Origin: Acidobacteriota bacterium
GTDB taxonomy: Bacteria; Acidobacteriota; Vicinamibacteria; Vicinamibacterales; UBA2999
Direction of reading: 5' to 3'
Assembly: GCA_031392125.1 (NCBI GenBank)
Contig: JANMUX010000110.1
Coordinates: 1-48,268 of the forward strand
DNA: 48,268 bases
The translations under genes and the position numbers were made by a program. The notes beneath the pieces were generated by a model that was given only the letters and a program-made list of their open reading frames with translations, searched no databases and was not told where the DNA came from. Of this stretch, positions 37,983-48,268 are shown in pieces (positions within the stretch are counted from its first letter, which is position 1; every line of letters begins with the position of its first letter).

Positions 37983-38899
37983 TTCTCTTGAAAGATCGCG
38001 TCCACGTACTCGCGCGGCGAGAACGGCAGCAGATCGTCCACGCCCTCGCCCACGCCGATATAGCGAATCGGCAACTTCAGGTCATGAGCAATCGCCACCG
38101 CGATGCCGCCCTTGGCGGTACCATCCAGCTTGGTGAGCACGATACCGGTGACACCGGCGACGTTGGTGAACTCCCGGGCCTGGGCCAGACCATTCTGGCC
38201 AACAGTGGCATCGAGCACCAGCAGCACCTCATGTGGCGCTCCCGGCACTTCACGGCTCGCGATGCGCCGAATCTTGTCGAGCTCGTTCATCAGGTTAGTG
38301 CGCGTGTGCAGGCGCCCGGCCGTATCCACCAGCACCACGTCGCGCTGCCGGGACTTACCTGCGGTGATCGCGTCGAACACGACGGCGGCCGGATCTGAGC
38401 CTTCGCGCGCGCGAACGAGATCGACGCCGGCGCGGTCGGCCCAGATTTGCAGTTGATCAACCGCGGCCGCCCGGAAGGTATCGGCGGCGCAGATTAGCGG
38501 GATGCGGCCCTCGCGCTTCAGCTGGTTCGCGAGTTTGCCGATGGTGGTGGTCTTGCCGACGCCATTCACGCCGACGATTAGCACGATGTGCGGCTTCACC
38601 GTCGGCGCGGCCATCGGGGTGGTCGCCTCGAGCACCCGCAGCATCTCTTGCTTCACCAACTCGCGCAGGCTTTCGCCGCGGCGCTGCCGCCGGGTGACGG
38701 CGCCGACAATCTCGGCGGTGGCGGCGACGCCGACGTCGGCCATCAACAGCACCTCTTCCAGGGCGTCGGCGGTCTCAACATTGACGTCGCGCGTGCGGGC
38801 ATCAGGGGCATCGGCCAGGCGGACGATGTCTTCGAACCGGTCGACCAATTGCTGCGTCGTGCGCTGCAGCCCTTGCTTTAACTTGTCAAACAAACCCAT
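37976..38899 (-). CDS. ftsY: SRP receptor FtsY
   Basis: MGLFDKLKQGL start, GVNGVGKTTTIGK, DTFRAAA, DTAGRL, TKLDGTAKGG. Confidence 0.97.
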   Translation of the reverse strand: MGLFDKLKQGLQRTTQQLVDRFEDIVRLADAPDARTRDVNVETADALEEVLLMADVGVAATAEIVGAVTRRQRRGESLRELVKQEMLRVLEATTPMAAPTVKPHIVLIVGVNGVGKTTTIGKLANQLKREGRIPLICAADTFRAAAVDQLQIWADRAGVDLVRAREGSDPAAVVFDAITAGKSRQRDVVLVDTAGRLHTRTNLMNELDKIRRIASREVPGAPHEVLLVLDATVGQNGLAQAREFTNVAGVTGIVLTKLDGTAKGGIAVAIAHDLKLPIRYIGVGEGVDDLLPFSPREYVDAIFQEKW

Positions 38900-39900
38900 T
38901 ACACGTGTTCCAACTTCTGTCGCCGGCCCATGAGATTGCGGATGGCGGCTTGCGGATCGGTGCGGCCGGCCAGCACATGCGACATCTCCTGGGCGATCGG
39001 GAGTTCCAGTCCGTGACGCGCGGCGAGCGCAAGGGCCGCCTCGGTGGTGCGCACGCCTTCGGCCACCGTCCTGGTCCGGGCGAGAATCTGGGCCAGTGAT
39101 TCGCCGCGCGCGAGCGCGATGCCGAGCTGGCGATTGCGACTGAGATCGCCCGTGCATGTCAGGACGAGGTCGCCCAGGCCCGCCAGACCCGCCAGGGTCT
39201 CGCGCTGCGCCCCAAGTGCTACTGCGAGGCGCGACAGTTCCGCCAGGCCGCGGGTAATCAGCGCAGCCAGGGCATTGTGTCCCAACCCCAGTCCCTCGAC
39301 GACGCCGGCCGCGATCGCGATGATGTTCTTGAGCGCGCCGCCAATCTCGGCGCCGACGACATCGCTGCTCCCGTACAGCCGCAGCGCTTGCGACCGGAAG
39401 TGCGCCTGGATCATCTCAACGGCTGCGGACGACTCCCCCGCCGCCACTACCGCCGTCGGCAGTTCGCGGGCCAATTCGCTGGCAAAGCTGGGCCCGGACA
39501 GCACCACGATTGCGCCCGCGGCCGGCAGTTCCTCGCGCATCACTTCCGACATGCGCAGCAGCGAGCCCTCTTCGAGGCCTTTGGTTGCACTGACCAACGT
39601 GCAGCCGTCACCGACGAACGAGTTCGCCGCGCGGGCCACCGCCCGCAATCCGTGCGACGGCACCGCCACGACCACCAACTCGGCGCCAGCAATCGCCTCG
39701 CCGAGAACGCTGGTGGGCTGCAGCGAGCGCGGCAGCGCAATACCCGGCAGGTAAGTGACATTCACCCGTGTCAACGCCATTTGCTGCACAAGCGCCGCAT
39801 CACGCGCCCACAAGCGCACCTCGTGACCGGTGCCTGCCAGGTGCACGCCAAGCGCGGTACCCCAGCTGCCAGATCCCAGCACGGCGATCGTTTGAGTCAT
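38899..39900 (-). CDS. gpsA: NAD(P)H-dependent glycerol-3-phosphate dehydrogenase
   Basis: G.GSWGTAL, TKGLE, SGPSFA.E, GALKN.IAIAAG, GLAGLGDLVLTC...SRN. Confidence 0.96.
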   Translation of the reverse strand: MTQTIAVLGSGSWGTALGVHLAGTGHEVRLWARDAALVQQMALTRVNVTYLPGIALPRSLQPTSVLGEAIAGAELVVVAVPSHGLRAVARAANSFVGDGCTLVSATKGLEEGSLLRMSEVMREELPAAGAIVVLSGPSFASELARELPTAVVAAGESSAAVEMIQAHFRSQALRLYGSSDVVGAEIGGALKNIIAIAAGVVEGLGLGHNALAALITRGLAELSRLAVALGAQRETLAGLAGLGDLVLTCTGDLSRNRQLGIALARGESLAQILARTRTVAEGVRTTEAALALAARHGLELPIAQEMSHVLAGRTDPQAAIRNLMGRRQKLEHV

Positions 39901-40469
39901 GTCCCGAGCGCGCGCTCCGTTCGCGACCACAGGCGGGCGACGTTGCCGCGGTGGCGAAACAGGATCAGGGCGGCCACGATGGTGGCGCCGATGTCGACCG
40001 GGCGCTGGCCCGGCATCGCCCATGCGATCGCCGGTAGTAGCGCCGTGGCAATCACTGAACCGAGCGACACCAAACGGCTGCGCGCGACGGTAATGCCGAA
40101 TGCGGCCGCTGCAATCAGCGTGGGCCACGGTGACAGCACGCCGAATACGCCGCTGGCCGTCGCTACACCCTTGCCGCCTTTGAAGCCCAGCCACACCGGG
40201 TAGACGTGCCCGACGACAGCCGCCACGCCGGCCGCGACGGCCGCTGTGCCGCTACCCGCGATTAACACCGCGCCGGCGCCCTTCGCGGCATCGGCGACCA
40301 TTACCGCAATGCCCATCCGCAACCCGCCGATCCGATAGACATTGGCCGCGCCGACGTTGCCGCTGCCGACCTGCCGCAGGTCCACGCCGCTCGCGCTGTG
40401 CGTCACGAGATACCCAATCGGCAGCGAGCCGACGGCGTAACCGAGCAAGATGGCGGGAATCGGTTCCAT
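39897..40469 (-). CDS. plsY: Glycerol-3-phosphate acyltransferase PlsY
   Basis: GY..GS.P.G, GSGNVGAANV.R, D..KG, GH.YP..L.FKGGKGVAT, RHRGN. Confidence 0.95.
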   Translation of the reverse strand: MEPIPAILLGYAVGSLPIGYLVTHSASGVDLRQVGSGNVGAANVYRIGGLRMGIAVMVADAAKGAGAVLIAGSGTAAVAAGVAAVVGHVYPVWLGFKGGKGVATASGVFGVLSPWPTLIAAAAFGITVARSRLVSLGSVIATALLPAIAWAMPGQRPVDIGATIVAALILFRHRGNVARLWSRTERALGT

Positions 40470-41035
40470 TACCTGAGCGGAGCACTAACGAGTCCAGTAT
40501 AGTGCGGCCCCCTTTGCGAGAGCTGGCTGCGGTACAGCGTGACGCAATCCACGGGAGACCGCGCGCCGCGCACCTCGACGGCACGAAGGATTTTCGGCCA
40601 GTCGACGCCGACACCAGCCATCTTGACGCGGCCCAAGGTCAGGTGTGGCAGCAGCGGCCGGGCGACCAGGTCCACGGTCCCCGCCAATCGCCTCGTGACC
40701 TCGGCCTCGAGCTCACCAAGCTGGGCACCGCCGGCGATCACCCCCAGCCACAGCGCGCGCGGGTGACGAACCGAGGGAAACGCGCCGAGCCCCCGCCACT
40801 CGACAGCGAATGGCGCCACTGAAATCGGCGGGGCCATTTGTTCGCACAACGCCGGGACGGCGGCCTCCTCGATCTCACCGATGAAGCGCAGGGTGACGTG
40901 GAGCGCGGCCGGCTTTACCCACGTGATCCTGGGCGGCGTCTTCACCGCCTCGATTTTCTCGCTGATGATTTGGATGACCCGGCTGGCCTCAGACCGCACC
41001 GCATCACCCACATCAACGCCGACGAACAGCTTCAT
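40469..41035 (-). CDS. thpR: RNA 2',3'-cyclic phosphodiesterase (2H family)
   Basis: Two HxT motifs (LHVTL, PHLTL), G.FP, LY.S.L...G..Y. Confidence 0.92.
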   Translation of the reverse strand: MKLFVGVDVGDAVRSEASRVIQIISEKIEAVKTPPRITWVKPAALHVTLRFIGEIEEAAVPALCEQMAPPISVAPFAVEWRGLGAFPSVRHPRALWLGVIAGGAQLGELEAEVTRRLAGTVDLVARPLLPHLTLGRVKMAGVGVDWPKILRAVEVRGARSPVDCVTLYRSQLSQRGPHYTGLVSAPLR

Positions 41036-42318
41036 TCGAGCAGGTGACGGCGCAACAGATCGAGCGCCCAGTTGGCGGACATCGCTTTCACCATTTCACG
41101 GCCGCCCGGGAAGCGGAAGGTCCGCACGCGCGTGACCGTGCCGGCGACCGCGATGCAGACCGTGCCAACCGGCTTGTCAAGACTGCCCCCGCCGGGACCG
41201 GCGATGCCCGTGATGCCCACGCCCACATTCACGCGGGCGCGGTCGCGAATGCCCTCGGCCATGGCCGCCGCGACAGGCTCGCTGACCGCACCGTGCGCCG
41301 CGATCAGCGACGCGGACACTCCGAGCAGGTCGACCTTGGCTTGATTGCTATATGCCACGATGCTGCGCTCGACGTAATCGGAGCTACCCGCCACGTCAGT
41401 GAGCCGCGACGTCGCCAGGCCGCCGGTGCAGGATTCCGCAAGCGCGACGCGCCAGCCGCGCTCCCGCAACAGGTTTCCGACCGCGGCTTCGAGCGCCGTG
41501 CCGTCGGTGCTGACGACGTCCTGACCAAGCGCGTGGGTCAACTCGGACACCGCCACTTCCAGTGCGGCGTTCGCGCCGGGCGCATCAATCGACTGCAGCA
41601 CAAGGTGCAGTTCCACCTGGCCCAGTCCGGCGAGAATGGTGGTTTCGATCGGCGGCTGCTGAAGCAGCCATCGGGAATAGATCGGCTGGGCAATCTCCTC
41701 GACTGCCGACTCGCCCTTGCCCGAGACACGCACCAGGCGGCGGAACAGCCGTGTGTCGCCGGCGCGAGCGGCAAGGCGGGTGCGCACCTCGCCCTCCATC
41801 ATTGGCTTCATCTCGCGCGGCGGCCCCGGCAACAGGGCGATCACCGCGCCATCATGTTCCAGCCACAGACCGGGCGCCGTCCCGTTCGGGTTGGCCAAGA
41901 CCGCGGCTCCTTGCGGTACCAGGGCCTGCCGCCGGTTCACCGCCGGCATTGTCCAGCCGCGAGACGCGAACCGCTGCTCGATCGCCTCGACAATAGCGGC
42001 GTCCTCGTGCATCGGTAATCCCAACTGGCCGGCCACCACCTCCCGGGTCAGGTCATCATCGGTCGGGCCGAGTCCCCCCGTCAGGATCAATACCCGGTGC
42101 CGCTGCAACGCGTGCGCGACGTGTGACGCGAGTTCGCTGCGGTGGTCACCGACAATGGCCTTGAACGCCACTGCGATCCCGAGGTCGTTCAGCACCTGCG
42201 TGATGAACAGTGAGTTGGTGTCGATTTTCTCCGGTGTGAGCAACTCGCTGCCGACAGCGATAATTGCCGCGTCGAAGGGACGGGCTTCTAGACGGTCAGC
42301 CACGACGGCATCCACCAC
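41032..42318 (-). CDS. cinA: Competence/damage-inducible protein CinA
   Basis: VGSELL, DTNS, TGGLGPT.DDLT, GTAPG, LPGPP.EM, AESCTGG, GAVS, ITGIAGPGGG. Start is approximate. Confidence 0.93.
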   Translation of the reverse strand: MVDAVVADRLEARPFDAAIIAVGSELLTPEKIDTNSLFITQVLNDLGIAVAFKAIVGDHRSELASHVAHALQRHRVLILTGGLGPTDDDLTREVVAGQLGLPMHEDAAIVEAIEQRFASRGWTMPAVNRRQALVPQGAAVLANPNGTAPGLWLEHDGAVIALLPGPPREMKPMMEGEVRTRLAARAGDTRLFRRLVRVSGKGESAVEEIAQPIYSRWLLQQPPIETTILAGLGQVELHLVLQSIDAPGANAALEVAVSELTHALGQDVVSTDGTALEAAVGNLLRERGWRVALAESCTGGLATSRLTDVAGSSDYVERSIVAYSNQAKVDLLGVSASLIAAHGAVSEPVAAAMAEGIRDRARVNVGVGITGIAGPGGGSLDKPVGTVCIAVAGTVTRVRTFRFPGGREMVKAMSANWALDLLRRHLLE

Positions 42319-42755
42319 ATGCAGAGACGAAGCACGAGGTGCGCATACACTCCGGCCATCGCGTCATCGAGCATAATTCCGTAGCCGCCAGGCAGGTGTT
42401 CCATGCGGCCGGCAGGATAGGGCTTCACCACGTCGAAGAGACGAAACAGCAAAAAGCCCGCCGCGACACCGGTCATCGACACCGGCAACAGCGCCAGCGT
42501 GATCAGCATGCCGAGGACTTCGTCAATGACCACGGGGCCGGGGTCTTTACGCCCGAGCGCGCGCTCGGCGCCGTTGGCTGACCAGATACCGATCGCCAGG
42601 ATGGCGACAATGGTCGCTATCTCGAACGCGGGCATGCCGACCCATCGCACGAACGCAAAGAGCCCTAATGCGGCGAGCGATCCAGCGGTGCCCGGCGCGA
42701 TCGGAAAGAAGCCGACGTAACCGACGGTGGCGACAAACAGTGCGAGCTGGTTCAT
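42288..42755 (-). CDS. pgpA: Phosphatidylglycerophosphatase A
   Basis: APGT.GS, KDP..VVIDEV.GM, FR.FD..KP, G.GIM.DD..AG. Confidence 0.94.
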   Translation of the reverse strand: MNQLALFVATVGYVGFFPIAPGTAGSLAALGLFAFVRWVGMPAFEIATIVAILAIGIWSANGAERALGRKDPGPVVIDEVLGMLITLALLPVSMTGVAAGFLLFRLFDVVKPYPAGRMEHLPGGYGIMLDDAMAGVYAHLVLRLCMWWMPSWLTV

Positions 42756-43675
42756 TCGCTGACCACGCGCGTTCCCGCCAGGCGGTCATGCAAGGCCCGA
42801 TGATCGCTGCTGAACAGGGCGGGAACATACGACAGGCCAAGGGTTGCCGGCACCAGCATGCACCCGACTGCCCGCAGCACGCCGCCGGCAGCATCGAGCG
42901 GCCGGCCATCGTCGCCAATCACGCGCAGCTTCAACAACATCTTGCCAATGGTCTGGCCACCGGCCACCGTGAACGCCGCGACGTAACCGAAGGCGAGCAG
43001 CGCGAGGAATCCCGTGAACGGCACCGGCGGGATCGTGCGCAGGTCTTCTGCCGTTGTCTGCAGACCGGCAATGCGCAGCGTGAGGAACAAGACAATCGCA
43101 TCGATGACCGCCAGCAAGGCCAGGTCGATCACGCCAGCCCCGACGCGCATGCCGAGCGGCGGTGCCTGCATCAGCGAGGCGACGGTCTCGGTCGCCAGGA
43201 CGCTCGCTTCCGCGCTGATGAGCGCCGACGGCGCAGGCTCGAAGGCCAGCGGCGCTTCCATGCGAACCGGGCGCGTCGTGCGCGGCCGGTTGCGTGGGAC
43301 CTCCGAGGTGGCGCGCCGGACCGCTAGCGGCGTACGAGCGGCGCGCGGAGGCATCAAGGGCGCGTCATCGAACGGCAGCGCGCTCGGATCGGAAGCCGGC
43401 TCCCGCGTCTCGCCGGCCCGCGTCATGACAGGCTCGTGCTGTTCGGGCGCCGCATCGCCGAACAGGCGATCCAGGTCTAGTGCGGCGGCGGTCATGCTGT
43501 CGGTTTGCCGGGCGATTGAGGGCAGCTCGAAATCGGTGTTCGACTCGCCGTCGTGATCCCGGCGCAAGGTCAGGTCGGGTTCAGCGGTCGTGGGCGAGAG
43601 GGAAAAATCGTACTGACAATTGCGGCACCGGTCGGTGGTCTCGAATCCGAGGTAGCCGCACTTCGGACACTTCAT
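42752..43675 (-). CDS. RDD-family membrane protein with N-terminal zinc ribbon
   Basis: CPKC...CRNC N-terminus, disordered linker, R..A..ID, GQTIGK..LRV, HDRLAGT.V. Confidence 0.88.
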   Translation of the reverse strand: MKCPKCGYLGFETTDRCRNCQYDFSLSPTTAEPDLTLRRDHDGESNTDFELPSIARQTDSMTAAALDLDRLFGDAAPEQHEPVMTRAGETREPASDPSALPFDDAPLMPPRAARTPLAVRRATSEVPRNRPRTTRPVRMEAPLAFEPAPSALISAEASVLATETVASLMQAPPLGMRVGAGVIDLALLAVIDAIVLFLTLRIAGLQTTAEDLRTIPPVPFTGFLALLAFGYVAAFTVAGGQTIGKMLLKLRVIGDDGRPLDAAGGVLRAVGCMLVPATLGLSYVPALFSSDHRALHDRLAGTRVVSE

Positions 43676-44526
43676 TCGCGGGGAGGCGAGATTGGAAGAA
43701 CGGCGGCGGCTGACGATGCCTCAGCATTGGCGACCGCCAGCAGCTCGCGTTGAATCTCACCGCGCAGGTAATCGGCGTCGGGTCGCAGCGAATCGCCGAG
43801 CGGCACGCGTTCGAGTGACCGCATGGCATCTCTCAACTTTCCCCCCGCGAACAGCGCACGGCCCTGGGCCAGGTAAATCTCGTTCGGGGAGGGCACCGGT
43901 AGCGGCGCAGGTGTGACGGTGGCAGCGATCGGCGTGCCGGTGGTGGCTTGAACCGGAAACCAATCCGCGAGTCCGTTTGGCGTGACGACCACGAACGAAA
44001 TGGCGGCGACGATCACCACACACGCGGCGGTCGCCCACCACAGGGCAAGGCTGCCGCGGCGCTGGTCGGCGCTGGGGCGATCGGCGACTGCCGCCTTCAC
44101 GCGCACGCGCTGGCGGCTGATCGGCACCGTGGGTCCGGCCGAGCGCTGGCCTGCGTCGAGCCGGTCGATGCGGCCGATCACGCCCAGGGCGACATCATGC
44201 GAGGCGCCCTGATCGAGTGCGTCGCTCAACAAGGCCCGTGCCCGAACTACCTCACCACGATCGAATGCCTCGAGACCCTGGTGGACAAGTGCTTCGGAAA
44301 TACGTTGTTGTTCGGCTTGCGCGCTCCGCGCACGATCGATGTACGCCCGGGCCCGGTCGTGAGTGCGATCCAGGAAGAGGACACGTGTCCACAGATTGAT
44401 CGCGGCGTCGAACTCGCCCGCGAAATAGTGATCGAGACCCGTGACGAGCAACTGCTCGATACGCCCTTCATCTTCAGCGGGCGGCGCTTCAGACCGGTGC
44501 GGGCCTGACGTGTGCGGGTCGGCCAT
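43672..44526 (-). CDS. Hypothetical TPR-like single-pass membrane protein
   Basis: 284 aa: TPR-like helices, one TM segment, a C-terminal TPR-like pair; coupled to the RDD gene. Confidence 0.75.
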   Translation of the reverse strand: MADPHTSGPHRSEAPPAEDEGRIEQLLVTGLDHYFAGEFDAAINLWTRVLFLDRTHDRARAYIDRARSAQAEQQRISEALVHQGLEAFDRGEVVRARALLSDALDQGASHDVALGVIGRIDRLDAGQRSAGPTVPISRQRVRVKAAVADRPSADQRRGSLALWWATAACVVIVAAISFVVVTPNGLADWFPVQATTGTPIAATVTPAPLPVPSPNEIYLAQGRALFAGGKLRDAMRSLERVPLGDSLRPDADYLRGEIQRELLAVANAEASSAAAVLPISPPRE

Positions 44527-44567
44527 GGTAAGTGGCGGTGATTATAGCACTTACCCTGCCCTACAAT
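44527..44567. promoter_or_regulatory. Divergent promoter region with an inverted repeat
   Basis: Minus-strand TGC-TATAAT (44541-44549), plus-strand TACAAT (44562-44567), inverted repeat GGTAAGTG-N13-CACTTACC. Confidence 0.55.
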
Positions 44568-44575
44568 AGAGGGCC

Positions 44576-45469
44576 ATGCCGACTATCGAATGCGTCCCGA
44601 ACGTCAGTGAGGGCCGTCGCACCGACGTCATCAATGCCATTGCCGGGACGCTCCGCGCCATTCCCGGCTTGCGGGTCCTCGACGTTCAGTCCGATGCCAC
44701 TCACAACCGCTCCGTCTTCACCCTGGCAGGCACCGCCGAGGGAATGGCAGCGGGCATTCCCGCCCTGTTCGCCGATGCGATTGCCGCCATCGATCTGCGT
44801 ACGCACAGAGGCGAGCATCCGCGAATGGGTGCGGTTGACGTGGTGCCTTTCATTCCGATCGAGGGCGTGACGATGGACCAATGCGTGGCGCTGGCCAAGG
44901 CCATCGCGGCCGACATCGCGCAACGATTCGCACTGCCGATTTACCTCTACGAGGACGCGTCGGCCAACCCGGCCCGCAAGAACCTCGAGGACATCCGCCG
45001 CGGGGAATTCGAGGGCTTGGCGGCGAAGATGTCGCAACCCGCGTGGGCGCCAGACTTTGGGCCGGCCACGCCGCATGTCAGCGCCGGCGCCTCGGTGATT
45101 GGCGCTCGCATGCCGATTATCGCCTACAACAACAACCTCGCCACCAACCGCCTGGAGGTCGCCAAGAAGATCGCGGCCGCGATCCGCATGAGCAGCGGCG
45201 GCCTGCGGTTCGTCAAGGCGATGGGCATCGCCCTGGAAGACCGCGGCATCGTCCAGGTCTCGATGAACCTGACCAACTACGAGAAAACGCCGATCTACCG
45301 CGTGTTCGATCTCGTCAAGCGTGAGGCCGCGCGCTACGGCGTGGCGGTACTGGAGAGTGAGATCGTCGGGCTGATCCCGACGGCTGCGCTGACGCAGACC
45401 GCCGAATATTTTCTGCAGCTGGAAGGTTTTTCGTCGGCGCAGATTCTCGAGAAGAAACTCGCGGAGTAG
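44576..45469 (+). CDS. ftcD: Glutamate formimidoyltransferase (stand-alone FT domain)
   Basis: IECVPN.SEGR, D..HNRSV.T, ID.R.H.GEHPRMGAVDVVPF, RRGEFEGL, PDFGP, QVSMNL, SEIVGL. Confidence 0.93.
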   Translation: MPTIECVPNVSEGRRTDVINAIAGTLRAIPGLRVLDVQSDATHNRSVFTLAGTAEGMAAGIPALFADAIAAIDLRTHRGEHPRMGAVDVVPFIPIEGVTMDQCVALAKAIAADIAQRFALPIYLYEDASANPARKNLEDIRRGEFEGLAAKMSQPAWAPDFGPATPHVSAGASVIGARMPIIAYNNNLATNRLEVAKKIAAAIRMSSGGLRFVKAMGIALEDRGIVQVSMNLTNYEKTPIYRVFDLVKREAARYGVAVLESEIVGLIPTAALTQTAEYFLQLEGFSSAQILEKKLAE

Positions 45470-46836
<1,367 letters not shown>

Positions 46837-46837
<1 letters not shown>

Positions 46838-48268
46838 CAGGCTGGTAACTCGATGATAAACCGGGTGCCGGTCGGCACGTTATCGAACACGTCGATGCTG
46901 CCGCCATGCTCGGCGACGATGCGGCGGACAATCGCAAGCCCGAGTCCGCTGCCGCGCCCCTTGGTCGAGTAGTACGGCAGAAACAGCTTGTCGCGCTCGG
47001 CGGGCGGAATGCCGGGGCCGGTGTCGGCCACCACCACGCGCACGAGACTGTTCGGAACATCACGCGCGGTTTCGACCACGATGGCGCCACTGCGGCCCAT
47101 TGCCTCGATGGCGTTGTCCACCAAATTGATAATCACGCGCTTCATCTGGTCGGGGTCAACCCGCACCTGCGCGACTCCTGGGTCGTAGCGTTTCTCGAAG
47201 GTCACCGACGCGAACAGCCCGTCGTAGAGCGCGAGCGTCGTGTTGAGCAGGTCGTGCAGTTCGGTCGGCACCGCGCGCGGCGCCGGCATGCGGGCAAACT
47301 GCGAGAACTCGTCGACCAGCCCTTTCAGCGATTCCACCTCGCCGATGATCGTCGAGGTGCACTCCTGGACCAGCTCGTGAAGCGGAGGGGCCAGGTCGTT
47401 CAACTTGCGGCGCAGCCGCTCGGCCGACAACTGGATTGGGGTCAGCGGGTTCTTGATCTCGTGCGCCAGCCGGCGCGCCACCTCGCGCCACGCGGCCACC
47501 TTCTGGGCGCGAATCAGCGGCGTCACGTCGTCCACCACCAGCACGGTGCCATCGAAACTGCCGTCGGTGCCCGGCACGCGGGTGGCGGCGGCAATCACGT
47601 GGCGCTCGCGGCCCTCGCGCACCAACGCCACTTCCTGCGCGAACGAATCCATGCGGGCGCGGGCAGCCTGGTCGAGCACGTCGTTAATCACCGCCAGGTC
47701 CGGCCGCGCAAACACATCGACCGCGGGACTGCCGACGACACTCGCGTCCACTTCGAGCAGCCGGATGGCCGCTGGATTGATGGTGCCAATGCGCCCCGCG
47801 CGATCGATCGAGACGACGCCGGTGGCGATGCGTTCGAGAATGGCCTCGATGTAGCGCCGTCGGCCTTCACCCTCCTCGTGCTTGCGCTCGAGATCGATGC
47901 CGGCGCGTTCGAGACGACGGCGACTCGATGAGACCTCCGCTGCCATGGCGTTGAACGCCTCGACCATCGACCCAAACTCGTCGGAGCCCTCGTGTTCAAT
48001 GCGATGGTCGTAGTGGCCGGCGCCAATCTCCTTGGCGGCCTCCGACAACATCTGCACCGGCCGCGTGATCCGCTTGGCGAGATACAGCCCCATCCAGGTC
48101 GAGCCAACCAGGATCAGCAGCGTCACCATGACGAAGAACGAGACGTAGACCCCGGCCAGGGGCTGCTTGAGGACGCGCAACTGCGTGTAGTCCTCCGGCC
48201 AGGGGCTGCTTGAGGACGCGCAACTGCGTGTAGTCCTCGTACGCCTTGGTCATGCGCCGGGAACGCTC
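46837..48268 (-). CDS. NtrY-like HAMP/PAS sensor histidine kinase, 5'-truncated by the window end and frameshifted by a duplication
   Basis: TM-HAMP, PAS, AWREVARRLAHEIKNPLTPIQL, N box NLVDNA, G boxes DTGPGI and GSGLGL. Confidence 0.92.
48152..48237. repeat. Exact 43-bp tandem duplication
   Basis: CCGGCCAGGGGCTGCTTGAGGACGCGCAACTGCGTGTAGTCCT occurs at 48152 and at 48195. Confidence 0.95.

Overview
GC-rich bacterial core-genome window. Gene order and protein character suggest Acidobacteriota, probably Vicinamibacterales (inference). Contents from left to right: (1) a type IVa pilus operon pilMNOPQ followed by two uncharacterised lipoproteins, one with PKD domains; (2) rplM-rpsI-rpsB-tsf-pyrH-frr plus a threonine synthase-family gene; (3) pfkA, tRNA-Ala(CGC), lolA and a second, TPR-fused secretin; (4) a translationally coupled peptidoglycan recycling/synthesis operon nagZ-ldcA-mpl-pxpB-pxpC-murB-murA, sharing a 27-bp bidirectional promoter with an HddA-like GHMP kinase and polX; (5) a long minus-strand run containing pgpA, cinA, thpR, plsY, gpsA, ftsY, rib genes, ffh, rpsP-khpA-rimM-trmD-rplS-rnhB, an SgmX-like TPR protein, thiE and a RodZ-like gene; (6) ftcD and an NtrY/NtrX-like two-component pair. 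I found no CRISPR array, prophage or transposase. Most notable: PxpBC without PxpA and a possible anomeric sugar kinase tied to murein recycling; a Cys-to-Asp MurA; intergenic inverted arrays of 8-mer and 9-mer tandem repeats; several apparently leaderless promoters; and a probable assembly or amplification artefact at each end (a chimeric junction near 91 and a 43-bp frameshifting duplication near 48152). All family calls come from motif recognition, not database searches.
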